64,000 nt of DNA, taken from NCBI GenBank assembly GCA_964016885.1, contig OZ024742.1, forward strand, positions 347,696,001 to 347,760,000, read 5' to 3'. Below the pieces are notes generated by a model. That model was not told the DNA's origin. It ran no database searches and saw only the letters and a program-made list of their open reading frames with translations. The DNA is from Eledone cirrhosa (lineage: Eukaryota). Of the stretch, positions 1-21,338 are shown piece after piece. The position numbers and the translations under genes were made by a program. Every line of letters begins with the position of its first letter. Position 1 is the first letter of the stretch.

Positions 1-251
1 ATATATATATATATGTATATATATATATGTATATATATGTATATATATATATGTATATATATATATGTATATATATGTATATATATGTATATATATATAT
101 GTATATATATATATGTATATATATGTATATATATATGTATGTATATATATATATGTATATATATATATGTATATATATGTATATATATATGTATGTATAT
201 ATATATATATGTATATATATATATGTATATATATGTATATATATATGTATG

Positions 252-283
<32 letters not shown>

Positions 284-288
284 TTTAT
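1..288. repeat. (TA)n microsatellite with ATGT interruptions
   Basis: Directly visible alternating A/T with G interruptions on the + strand. Confidence 0.98.
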
Positions 289-894
289 GTCAGGTCACCA
301 GTTGGTGCTACTGGTAACATGTATCCAGTACAACCTGTCTCATGGTCGGGTCGTTGGCGACTAAACTGGCAACCCCACCAAGGTTTCTTGGTGAGGAGGG
401 TGACTTTGGACATCCTGCAGGACTAAAAACAAAACCTGTCAAAGGGCAAAGGAGCTCTTAAGAGTCAATGGCCATCCAAAATCACCGGGAGAGATGACCC
501 CTTAGCCTTTGTCAAGGCAGAATTCTAGGAGAAGGAAAACTCTGATATAACACCTGCAACCCTGATGGTATCCAATGATGTTGACTTGTTCTTCTTTTGG
601 TAAATATCATCTTGGTTAAGAGAGTGGGACTGGCTTTGTGCAGGGCCTTTGCTCACTATAAAAGCTTCACGGCACAGGCATTGCTTTATATCTGGAGATC
701 TCTCTGCACTTGTCGTCACATGGTACCATGGGCCCAGCACTATGTGTCAGTAATTGTCACAAGTGTAGTGTTTGTACCAGAGTTTTCAAGTCGCTGGCTG
801 GACTAAAAAGTCACACTCGTTCAGCGCATCGGTAGGGGTTCTCCTACATGGATATAAAGTAGTGGCCGTACTCGAAAACGAGTTGGCAGCCACC
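289..894 (+). mobile_element. Bipartite non-autonomous RTE-derived retroelement, copy 1 (~606 bp)
   Basis: Five near-identical copies in the window. The 5' part has the RTE-type UTR motif TCTAGGAGAAGGAAAACTCTGA. The 3' part (755-835) encodes [26 protein letters not shown], a C2H2-like finger typical of RTE ORF C-termini. It ends in the hairpin ACTCG-AAAA-CGAGT followed by a (TA)n tail. Confidence 0.8.
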
Positions 895-3067
<2,173 letters not shown>

Positions 3068-3399
3068 TCATCATTTCATTTTACGTCCGCTTTTCTCTGC
3101 TTGCAAGGGTGGGACGGGAACTGATTCTGGCTTGATTTCTACAGCTGGATGCCCTTCCTAACACCAACCTCATTTACAGTGAGTGCTGGGTGCTTTTTTG
3201 CCGTGGCACCTCCACGACCACTTTGCAGTGGAATGATAGGGACCCCAGATCCTATCATCTCATTTCTACAGCTGAGTAAACTGGAGCAATGTGAAATAAA
3301 GTGTCTTGCTCAAGGAAACAACACATCACCTGGTCTGAGAATTGAACCCACAACCTTTCGATTGCAAGGCCAATGCTCTAACCACTAAGCCATGTGCCT
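3068..3399 (-). mobile_element. tRNA-derived SINE with CORE-like body and RTE-type 3' tail
   Basis: Minus strand: A box TGGCTTAGTGG, B box GGTTCAATTCT, body CCTTGAGCAAGACACTT, tail GGTTGGTGTTAGGAAGGGCATCCAGC...CGGACGTAAAATGAAATGATG; near-identical copy at 49830-50219. Confidence 0.85.
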
Positions 3400-3962
3400 A
3401 TATGTGTATATATGTATATATATTTGTATATATATATGTATATATATATATATATATATATCATCATCATCATCATCAGGTTTAGCGTCCGTGTTCCACG
3501 CTTGCATGGGTTTGGACGGGGGTTTTCCCACTTGAGGCAAGAGTGGTTGTCTTACTCGCATAGGACTGTCTGGCGGGTTTTCTACAGTTGGATGCCCTTC
3601 CTAACACCAACCACATTTACAGTGTGGGGCTGGGAGGTTTTTACCGTGTTGCCTACACGGCCACATTACAGCGTGGACTGTCTGGCGGGTTTTCTACAGC
3701 TGGATGCCCTTCCTAACACCAACCACATTTACAGTGTGGGGCTGGGAGGTTTTTACCGTGTTGCCTACACGGCTACATTTACAGCGTGGACTGTGTGTTT
3801 TTTGTCGTGACACCTACACGATCTCATTTGTTTCGGCCTGGATGTTGTGGGACCAACATAACTTTACATTGAAAGGGGCGGTGTGGGTGGGGTGGAGGTG
3901 GTGGGACGGGGGTGTGTTTTGATAGAGATGCCTACTGACTGTAGTAGGTTTTTACTTTGTAT

Positions 3963-6900
3963 TTAGGTAAGGCGGGTCTTCTCTATTACTGAGTACCGCC
4001 AAAGGTCTCGGTCCAGTGACATTGTCTTGGAGAGGTGTAAGCGTGTGAGGTCGGAATTTATCAGCTCGTCCCATGTTTTTCTGGGTCTGCCTACTCCGTG
4101 GCTACCCTCTATCTTTATTGCCCTGCACTTTGTTATACAGCTGTCGTCTTTCATGCGCATCACGTGACCGAACCAACGTAGCCTTCTCTCGAGTAAACAA
4201 CATCTGATCCCTCTTATTTCTAATTTTTTCCTTAGTTCGTTTATGCTTTGCCGTTCACGTATATTACTATTGCACATCCAGCGGAGCATGCAAGCTTCGT
4301 TCCTCTCTAGTCTGCGTATATCCTCTGCACACAATGCCCAGGTCTCACTGCCATGCAGCATTGCTGTTCGTATGCAGGCATCGTATAACCTGCCTTTCAT
4401 TTTTAGGGAGAACCCTCTAGCGGCTAATAGTGGTATAAGCTCTCTGAACTTTTTCCATCCAGTTCTGACTCTAGCTACTGTACTTTCAGAGCACCCTCCC
4501 CCACTGCTGATTTTGTCACCCAGATAACGGAAGCTGTCCACTATTTCTATAGAACCCTCTGCGCAGTTGAAGGAGCTAGTATTTGTGGGCACTTGCTGCT
4601 ACTTATTGCACCAGAGCACCGGCCACATGTAAAATCTATGTTCTTAGTTAGCTTACCTGTGATCCCACTACATCTTTTATGCACCCATACTTTGCATTTG
4701 GGACATAAAATGGAGTTTCTACCTACGCCTTTCCTACACACTGAGCATGGCCATTTCCCCGATGGGACCGCCGCCTTATTTTCTTTCCTACAAACTAGAA
4801 CTTTAGTCTTAGCCAGGTTAATTTTAAGGCCTTTTGATTCTAGGCCGTGCTTCCACGTTTGGAATTTCTTCNNNNNNNNNNNNNNNNNNNNNNNNNNNNN
4901 NNNNNNNNNNNNNNNNNNNNNNNNNNNNNNNNNNNNNNNNNNNNNNNNNNNNNNNNNNNNNNNNNNNNNNNNNNNNNNNNNNNNNNNNNNNNNNNNNNNN
5001 NNNNNNNNNNNNNNNNNNNNNNNNNNNNNNNNNNNNNNNNNNNNNNNNNNNNNNNNNNNNNNNNNNNNNNNTGCGTATAGGAGTTCCCATGGGCAGCCGG
5101 TCTTGAACTCCTCTGTTATAGCCTGAAGGGCAATAATAAATAGTAGGGTCTAAGTACAGAGCCCTGATGGACACCAACTTTTACGCTAAACTCTTCACTA
5201 TATTCGTTGTTAACTCTAACCTTACTGACTGTTTCTTTATACATGGCTTGTATAGCTCTCACAAGCCATTCGTCAACACCTAGTTTTCTAAGAGACCACC
5301 AGATAATGGAACGGGTGACTCTGTCGAAGGCTTTCTCCAAGTCGACAAAAGCTAAGTATAGGGGTTTACTTTTAGCTAGGTACTTCTCCTGTAGTTGTCG
5401 TACAATGAAAAGAGCGTCTGTGGTACTTTTGCCTGACACAAACCCGAACTGCATTTCATCTAGATCAATTCTCTCTCTGATTAGTTGCGCTATTACTTTT
5501 TCCGTGACCTTCATGACCTGGTCGATTAATTTAATGCCTCTATAGTTACTCCTATCTAGGGCATCTCCTTTTCCCTTATAGCAGTTAACGATGATGCTGC
5601 TACGCCATTCCTTCGGAACAACCCCATTCTGTACGACTTGGTTAACTATCCGGGTGACCATGGTGTGTCCCACCGAACCAGATGCCTTCAGCATCTCAGC
5701 AACTATTTCCGAAGGCCCAGCCGCCTTACCCGTCTTCATATCTTTGATTGCCTTACTTATTATACTACCTTCAACTAACACTGCTGGTCCCTCTATTGGA
5801 TCGATCTGGGGGAGACTGTCTTTCTCCCATTTGTTCTCCTCATTTAGAAGCCTTTCGTAGTGACACTTCCAAGCTACCTTCTTATCAGCGTCGGTGATGG
5901 CAAGTATGCCATCATCGTTAAGTACACACTTCTCCCCGACAATATCACGGTTTTCCTTGACACATTGCCTGGCAATCCTGAACACCTCACGTTTTTGGTC
6001 CTCACGTTGTAGAACATGCTTGAACTTTCTTTCCTCTGCTTCCCTTCTTGCGAAGTACACTTGTCTCCTAGCTTCCCTCCTGGCCACTTGATAGTCTTCT
6101 CTACTTCCCCCATCCCGCCATACTTTCCAAGCCTGCTTTTTGGCCTTAATTGACTCCTCCACCTTACTGTTCCACCACCATGTTACTCTCCTCCTACCTA
6201 CAGGCTTGCTCCAGCCACAGACTTCGTCTGCCGCCGTCAGCAGGTTTGCTCTCAGGAATTCCCACTGTTCCTCTATATTATACGACTCTAATTGCTCTTC
6301 CTTACTGTCGAAAGCGTCAAGTAATTTGCTTTGAAATTTATTTCTGGCTATGGGGTCCTTTAGCTTCCATATTTTTCTCCTGAGGATAGTCCTCTTCCGC
6401 TGTCTAGTACGTCTCGTCCTGACTATGAGGTCGCTAATTATCAGTCTATGTTGGGAGGTGAATTCTTCATGGGGGTGGGATTTAGTGTTAACAACAGACA
6501 CTCTGTCACGTCTTCTGGTAAGGATATAATCTACCTGGCTTGTGTGTTCCCCCGATCTATAGGTGATCAAGTGATTGTCTCGTTTTTTGAAGTTAGTGTT
6601 ACAGATAGTTAAGTTATTTGCGTCGCAGAATTCCAGGATTCTGGAGCCTTCCTCATTTCTAGTACCGAACCCATAGCCTCCATGGATTCCGTCATAGCCG
6701 TCACAATGTTGTCCAACGTGACCATTTAGGTCGCCTGCAATAACTATATAGTCACTGTCGGATATTTGGGAGGTAGCGAGCATCAGTGTCTCGTAGAATC
6801 TGTCTTTTATAGCGCGGGGCAGTCCGGATTGGGGTGCGTACGCAGATATTACTGTCACCGTAGTTTTATTGAGGACAAATATTATTTTAATTATTCTGTC

Positions 6901-7359
6901 GTTCACTCTATTTACGTCTATTATCTTATCTGCCCACTTTTCTGCTACCATGATTCCTACCCCACCCAACCCATTGTCATTTCCCACCCAGAAAAGCTTA
7001 TAGCATCGTTCTTTACCCACGATGAATCTAGCCGACCCTCCCCTCCACCTGGTCTCTTGAATACAACAAACATCGACCTCCTTACGTTCAAGCATTTCTA
7101 CAACCTCGTTAGAGCGACCCTTTAAGGTGCCTACATTCATGGTACCAACTCTGAAGTTTTGGATTGCGTTTGGAGGGTGGGAGCGGTGGGGTGCGGGGGG
7201 GGGGGGGGATGGGGTTATGTTAGCCATCCTGGGCCGAAACAAGGAGGAGTGCTTGCATTCTCGTCCACGAGGTGAATTTGGCTTTATCTTTGGCATTGTC
7301 GCTGAGCGTCCACATTTTTCTCTCTTCAACTCTCCAGAATTCCGTAGTCCATCCATCAT
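3963..7359 (-). CDS. RTE endonuclease-reverse transcriptase ORF (~1079 aa reconstructed; two 1-bp frameshifts near 5150 and 4582, N gap over the YADD motif)
   Basis: ORF-track pieces 5116..7371, 4547..4741 and 3963..4592 join by comparison with the paralogous copy at 16688-17977. Confidence 0.85.
4872..5071. other. Assembly gap (200 N)
   Basis: Run of N; the flanks are only 41 bp apart in the paralogous RTE copy (17027-17067). Confidence 0.99.
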
Positions 7360-7776
7360 ATCGAAAAGCAACCAGTTAAGCGATAGTATGGGCCTCTGAC
7401 TTATGATTGGTCCACGTAATAATGGTGGTGCGTGGGGGCGGGAGGGAGGGATGATGGGTTGTTAGCGAGAATGTAAGGTTTAAGATAAGATCGCCGTATT
7501 TTGGGCATGATTTAACAATAAACGAAAATACAAGATTTGTTTTGTTTAAGAAAATACGATAGAGAAAATGCGGTGATAGGGAAAATATGATTTTTAGAGA
7601 AAAGATATGATATAGAATGGTGAAAATATGATATAGTGTGAATTTAGGACATAGAAGTGATTGAATGAATGGGTTCGAATGGAGAGAAGAATCGAGAAAA
7701 AATTGGGCATAATTTAATATATATGTATATATATATGTATGTATATATATATGTATATATATATACATATATATTA

Positions 7777-10700
7777 AAGCACCCACGTGAAGCGCCAACC
7801 CAGAGACCCTCCCCTACGAGTGTCGACAAATGCCCAAAACTCTGAGTTGGTACCATCAATGTAGGCTCAATGAAAGGAAGAGCAGGAGAAATCGTAGAAA
7901 TGCTAGAGCGATAGGAAGTTGATGTATGCTGTGTGCAAGAGACTAGATGGAGAGGAGGGTCTGCTAGAGTCCTTGTAGGAAAAAGCCAGTGCTACAAATT
8001 TTTCTGGGTGGGAAATGACGATGGGATGGGTGGTGTAGGTATACTATTAGCTGACAAGTGGGTAGATAAAGTAATCTCAGTGTACAGGGTAAATGCAAGA
8101 ATCATTAAACTCAGACTAGTCCTGAATAAGACAATTACCACAATAATATCAGCTTACGCACCCCAATCGGGGCTGCCAGACGAACTTAAGGATAGGTTTT
8201 ACGAGTCCCTAATACACACTACTGCTCTAACAGACGACAAGGACTTCCTAATCATTGCAGGAGATTTTAACGGACACGTAGGTAAACACTGCGACGGCTT
8301 CAATAGAGTACATGGAGGCCATGGAGTTGGCACAAGGAATGAGGAAGGATTCAGACTTCTAGAATTCTGCGACGCCAATGACATGTCGATATGTAACACA
8401 AACTTTAAAAAACCCGACAACCACCTGATCACCTATAGATCAGGGGAGCACTCTAGTCAGTTAGATTTTATCCTCATCAGAGGACGTGACAGATGGACGG
8501 TCGTAAACACAAAAGCCTTCCCTAGTGAGGAATGTACATCCCAACATAGCTTAGTTGTCAGCGACCTCACGGTCAGAACTAGACGAGCCCTGAAACAGGC
8601 CAACCTGGAGAAGAAAGATCTGGAAGCTGAAAGTCCCCTCAACCAGTAACAGATTTAAAGATATTTTACTCAACGCCTACGACAGTAAAGAAGAACAGAT
8701 AGAGACATTTAACGTAGAAGAGAACTGGGAGTTCCTAAAAAATAACTTACTAGAGGCGACGGATGAGGTTTGTGGCTGGAGTAAGACCTCAAGCAGGAGG
8801 AGAGTGACTTGGTGGTGGAACAATAAGGTAGATGAAGCAGTCAAGGCCAAGAGACAGGCATGGAAAGAATGGAAGAACGGGGGGAGCAGGGTACATTACA
8901 TAGAGACCAAGAGGGAAGCTAGGCGACAAGTATACTTAGCTAGGAGGGAAGCAGAGGATAGAAAATTCAAGCATGTTTTACAACGTGAGGACCAGAAACA
9001 GGAGGTATTCAAGATTGCGAGGCAGTGTGTCAGAGATAGTTGTGATGTCATTGGAGAGAAGTGTATCCGGAATGATAAAGGTGAGCTTGCCCTCACAAGT
9101 GCTGAGAAGAAAGATGCATGGAAGAGTCATTATGATAGATTACTAAATGAGGAGAATGCATGGGAAGAAGAGACCCTACCCCACGTAGACCCTATAGAGG
9201 GACCAGCAGTACAAGTCAGCGGCAGCGTAGTAAGTAAGGCAATCAGAGATATGAAGATAGGGAAGGCAACCGGTCCATCGGGTATAGCTGCCGAGATGCT
9301 GAAGGCATCTGGGTCTGTAGGTCACACTATAACCACACGTATCGTTAACCAGGTAATACTAGAGGGGGCCATACCAAAAGATTGGTGCAGTAGCATCATT
9401 GTCAACTGCTACAAAGGTAAAGGCGATGCACTAGATAGAGGAAACTATAGAGGTATAAAGTTGATGGACCAGGTCATGAAAGTAACAGAAAGAGTTATAG
9501 CACAGCTGATTAGGGACCGGGTGAATATAGACGAGATGCAATTTGGGTTTGTACCAGGGAAAGGCACCACTGATGCGCTCTTCCTTGTGAGGCAATTACA
9601 GGAAAAGTACCTAGCTAAAAGTAAACCACTCTACTTGGCATTTGTCGACCTTGAGAAAGCCTTTGACAGAGTTCCACGTGCAGTAATCTGGTGGGCTCTT
9701 AGAAAACTAAGAGTAGATGAATGGCTTGTGAAAGCGGTACAAGCCATGTATAGGGGAGCAGTCAGCAAAGTTAGGATTGGCAATGAGTATAGCGAGGAAT
9801 TTAGCGTACAGGTTGGGGTCCACCAGGGCTCTGTTCTTAGCCCTCTCCTGTTCATCATAGTCCTGCAGGCAATAACGGAGGAGTTTAAGACCGGATGCCC
9901 ATGGGAACTCCTGTATGCTGATGACCTCGCACTCATAGCTGAATCTATGGTAGAACTAGAGAATAAATTCCAAACCTGGAAGCAGGGACTAGAGAGAAAG
10001 GGCCTCAAAGTCAACATGACAAAGACTAAGGTCCTTATAAGTAGACGAGAAAAGAGAACCCAGATCCCCTCAGGGAAATGGCCTTGCTCAGTATGTAGGA
10101 AAGGTGTAGGTAGGAACTCCATTCTTTGCCCCAAATGCAAACAATGGGTACACAAGAGATGTAGCGGGATCTCAGGAAGCTTAATTAAGAATGTAGGATT
10201 CACATGCAGCAGCTGTGCTGAAACAGCAAGCAAACAGCCACGGGAAACAAGTACCACCAATCTCTGGGAGGGCCCTGTAGAAACAGTAGACAGCTTCTGC
10301 TACCTAGGTGACCGAATTAGCAACGGAGGTGGGTGCTCAGAAAGTACAATAACTAGGGTAAGAACGGGATGGAAGAAGTTTAGGGAACTACTACCACTGC
10401 TAGCTGCAAAAGGCTTCTCCCTCAGAATGAAAGGCAGACTGTATGATGCGTGTATCCGAACAGCGATGTTGCATGGTAGTGAGACCTGGGCGCTGAAGGT
10501 GGAAGACTTACGTAGATTAGAGAGAAACGAAGCCTGCATGCTCCGATGGATGTGTAACAGTAATATACGTGAACGACAAAGCATAAATGAATTGAGAGAG
10601 AGACTGAGCATAAGAGGAATCAAATGCTGCGTGCAGGAGAGGCGGTTACGCTGGTATGGACATGTGATGCGTATGAAGGATGACAGCTGCATAAAAAGGT

Positions 10701-11168
10701 GCAGAGCACTAGAAGTTGATGGAAACCGCGGAGTGGGGAGACCCAAGATGACTTGGGATGAGGTGATAAAAGCCGACCTTACCCAACTACACCTCTCAAA
10801 GTCAATGACACACGACCGTGACTTCTGGCGTCACGCAGTAATACAGGGTACCCGACCTCCCATGGGTACATGCTGAAGCATATAAACAATATGCCCCACC
10901 CCCACCGCAAGGTGCCACGGCAAAAAAGCACCCAGCCCACACTGTAAAGTGGACGTGTAGGCGCCACGAAAAAGCACCCAGCACTCACTGTAAATGAGGT
11001 TGGTGTTAGGAAGGGCATCCAGCTGTAGAAATCAAGCCAGATCAGTTCCTGTATGAGCAAGGCATGGTCAGCCGACCAGACACTGCCCACAACAGGACAA
11101 CCCGTCTAACCCATGCTAGCGTGGAAGAACGGACGTAAAACGGTGATGATGATGATGATGATGATGAT
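7777..11168 (+). mobile_element. RTE-clade LINE family B, 5'-truncated at start of the APE domain
   Basis: APE (VGTINVG, VQETRW, GDFNGH), RT ([17 protein letters not shown]), 3'UTR with TTAGGAAGGGCATCCAGC, and (GAT)n tail 11144-11168. Confidence 0.95.
7843..10876 (+). pseudogene. Disrupted RTE-B APE-RT ORF (TAG at 7912-7914, frameshift near 8595)
   Basis: ORFs 7933..8649 and 8804..10876 are colinear with the family A protein. Confidence 0.88.
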
Positions 11169-11283
11169 ATATGTGTATATATGTGTATATATATGTATAT
11201 ATATATGTATATATATATGTATATATGTATATATATATGTATATATATATGTATATATATATATATCAGGTATATATATGTAT

Positions 11284-11891
11284 GTCAGGTCACCAGTTGG
11301 TGCTACTGGTAACATGTATCCCAGTACAACCTGTCCCATGGTCGGGTCGTTGGCGACTAAACTGGCAACCCCACCAAGGTTTCTCGGTGAGGAGGGTGAC
11401 TTTGGACATCCTGCAGGACTAAAAACAAAACCTGTCAAAGGGCAAAGGAGCTCTTAAGAGTCAATGGCCATCCAAAATCACCAGGAGAGATGACCCCTTA
11501 GCCTTTGTCAAGGCAGAATTCTAGGAGAAGGAAAACTCTGATATAACACCTGCAACCCTGATGGTTTCCAATGATGTTGACTTGTTCTTCTTTTTGGTAA
11601 ATATCATCTTGGTTAAGAGAGTGGGACTGGCTTTGTGCAGTGCCTTTGCTCACTATAAAAGCTTCACAGCACAGGCATTGCTTTATATCTGGAGATCTCT
11701 CTGCACTTGTCGTCACATGGTACCATGGGCCCAGCACTATGTGTCAATAATTGTCACAAGTGTAGTGTTTGTACCAGAGTTTTCAAGTCGCTGGCTGGAC
11801 TAAAAAGTCACACTTATTCAGCGCATCGGTAGGGGTTCTCCTACATGGATATAAAGTAGTGGCCGTACTCGAAAACGAGTTGGCAGCCACC
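11284..11891 (+). mobile_element. Bipartite RTE-derived element, copy 2
   Basis: Same ends (GTCAGGTCACC...GGCAGCCACC) as 289-894. Confidence 0.8.
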
Positions 11892-14033
<2,142 letters not shown>

Positions 14034-14670
14034 GTCAGGTCACCAGTTGGTGCTACTGGTAACATGTATCCCAGTACAACCTGTCTCATGGTCGGGTCGT
14101 TGGCGACTAAACTGGCAACCCCACCAAGGTTTCTTGGTGAGGAGGGTGACTTTGGACATCCTGCAGGACTAAAAACAAAACCTGTCAAAGGGCAAAGGAG
14201 CTCTTAAGAGTCAATGGCCATCCAAAATCACCGGGAGAGATGACCCCTTTAGCCTTAGTCAAGGCAGAATTCTAGGAGAAGGAAAACTCTGATATAACAC
14301 CTGCAACCCTGATGGTATCCAATGATGTTGACTTGTTCTTATTTTTGGTAAATAGCATCTTGGTTAAGAGAGTGGGACTGGCTTTGTGCAGTGCCTTTGC
14401 TCACTATAAAAGCTTCACGGCACAGGCATTGCTTTATATCTGGAGATCTCTCTGCACTTGTCCTCACATGGGCCCAGCACTATGTGTCAATAATTGTCCT
14501 ACCATGGGCCTAGCACTATGTGTCAATAATTGTCACAGGTGTAGTGTTTGTACCAGAGGTTTCAAGTCGCTGGCTGGACTAAAAGGTCACACTCGTTCAG
14601 CGCTTCGGTAGGGGTTATCCTACATGGATGTAAAGTAGTGGCCGTACTCGAAAACGAGTTGGCAGCCACC
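14034..14670 (+). mobile_element. Bipartite RTE-derived element, copy 3 (variant with 28-bp extra segment)
   Basis: Same ends; tandem CATGGGCC(C/T)AGCACTATGTGTCAATAATTGTC at 14467-14534. Confidence 0.8.
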
Positions 14671-19085
<4,415 letters not shown>

Positions 19086-19252
19086 ATCATCATCATCATC
19101 ATCAGGTTTAGCGTCCGTGTTCCACGCTTGCATGGGTTTGGACGGGGGTTTTCCCACTTGAGGCAAGAGTGGTTGTCTTGCTCGCATAGGACTGTCTGGC
19201 GGGTTTTCTACAGTTGGATGCCCTTCCTAACACCAACCACATTTACAGTGTG
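19086..19252 (-). mobile_element. RTE family A 3' terminal fragment
   Basis: Near-identical to 3461-3626 and reverse complement of 18290-18447. Confidence 0.9.
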
Positions 19253-19280
19253 TATATATATATATATGTATATATATATG

Positions 19281-19365
<85 letters not shown>

Positions 19366-19438
19366 GTATATATGTATATATATATGTATATATGTATATA
19401 TATATGTATATATATATGTATATATGTATATATATATG

Positions 19439-19469
<31 letters not shown>

Positions 19470-20185
19470 GTATATATGTATATATATATGTATATATATA
19501 TATATGTATATATATATGTATATATATATGTATATATGTATATATATATGTATATATGTATATATATATGTATATATGTATATATATATGTATATATATA
19601 TATGTATATATGTATATATATATGTATATATATATATGTATATATGTATATATATATGTATATATATATGTATATATATATGTATATACATATATGTATA
19701 TATATGTATATATATATATGTATATATATATATGTATATATATGTATATATATATATGTATGTATATATATATATGTATGTATATATATGTATATATATA
19801 TATGTATGTATATATATGTATATATATATATGTATATATATGTATATATATATATGTATATATATATATGTATATATATATATGTATATATATATATATG
19901 TATATATATATATGTATATATATATATGTATATATATATATGTATATATATATATGTATATATATATATGTATATATATATATGTATATATATGTATATA
20001 TGTATATATATGTATATGTATATATGTATATGTATGTATATGTATATATATGTATATATGTATATGTATATATATGTATATATATGTATATATATATATA
20101 TGTATATATATATATGTATGTATATGTATATATATGTATATATGTATATGTATATATATGTATATATATATATGTATATATATGT
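19253..20185. repeat. (TA)n/ATGT microsatellite
   Basis: Directly visible. Confidence 0.97.
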
Positions 20186-21015
20186 ATGAAAGGCAGGTTG
20201 TACGATGCCTGCATACGAACAGCAATGCTGCATGGCAGTGAGACCTGGGCATTGTGTGCAGAGGATACACGCAGACTAGAGAGGAACGAAGCTTGCATGC
20301 TCCGCTGGATGTGTAACAGTAATATACGTAAACGGCAAAGCATAAACGAACTAAGGAAAAAATTAGAGATAAGAGGGATCAGATGTTGTTTACTCGAGAG
20401 AAGGCTACGTTGGTATGGACACGTGATGCGCATGAAAGTCGATAGCTGTATAACAAAGTGCAGGGCAATAAAGATAGACGGTAGCCACGGAGTAGGCAGA
20501 CCCAGAAAAACATGGGACGAGCTGATAAACTCCGACATCACACACTTACACCTCTCCAAGACAATGTCACTGGACCGAGACCTTTGGCGGTACTCAGTAA
20601 CAGAGAAGACCTGCCTTACCTAAATATATAGTAAAACCTACTCCAGCCAGTAGGCATCTCTAACAAAATACACCCCGTCCCACCACCACCACCCCCACCC
20701 GATCCACACCACCCCGTTCTATGTAAAGTTATGTTGGTGCCGCGCCATCGAGGCCGAAACAAATGAGATCGTGTAGGTGTCACGACAAAAAAATACACAG
20801 TCCACGCTGTAATGTGGCCGTGTAGGCAACACGGTAAAAACCTCCCAGACCCACACTGTAAATGTGGTTGGTGTTAGGAAGGGCATCCAACTAGAAAACC
20901 TGCCAGACAGTCCTATGCGAGCAAGACAATCACTCTTGCCTCAAGTGGGACTACCCCCGTCCAAACCCATGCAAGCGTGGAACACGGACGTTAAACGTTG
21001 ATGATGATGATGATG
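20186..21015 (+). mobile_element. RTE family A' 3' fragment
   Basis: [21 protein letters not shown]...EKTCLT*, followed by 3'UTR and (GAT)n. Confidence 0.92.
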
Positions 21016-21338
21016 TATATGTATATATATGTATATATATATATGTGTATATATATATATGTATATATATATATATGTGTGTATATATATATATGTGTGT
21101 ATATATATGTGTATATATATGTATATATATATATATGTGTATATATATGTATATATATATATGTGTGTATATATATGTGTATATATATATATATATGTGT
21201 ATATGTGTATGTATATATATATATATGTGTATATATATGTGTATGTATATATATGTATATGTATATATATATGTATGTGTATATATATATGTATATGTGT
21301 ATATATATATGTATATGTGTATATATATATGTATATAT

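Larger units (their letters stand above)
3461..7716 (-). mobile_element. RTE-clade LINE family A, near full length (5'UTR, APE-RT ORF, 3'UTR, (GAT)n tail)
   Basis: APE motifs (GTMNV, IQETRW, SAYAPQ, GDLNGH, VDYIL, SQHRL), RT motifs (YRGIKL, QFGF, FVDLEKAFD, HQGS), C-terminal GRPRKTW, and (CAT)n at 3461 on the + strand. Confidence 0.95.

Noticed and set aside
525-806. Recurrent 70-80 aa ORFs in the ~607-bp element
   Set aside because: They recur only because the element is repeated; start and length vary between copies and there is no recognisable domain apart from the zinc-finger remnant
3320-3399. tRNA gene (A/B boxes; also at 50140-50219 and 57220)
   Set aside because: These are SINE heads continuing into a SINE body and LINE-type tail, with no complete acceptor stem or terminator
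4243-10746. Antisense ORFs over the RTE coding regions
   Set aside because: Shadow frames of the retrotransposon ORFs
11266-11271. TCAGGT echo 18 bp upstream of bipartite copy 2
   Set aside because: Could be an abortive template jump, but 6 bp in a single copy is too little to support a claim
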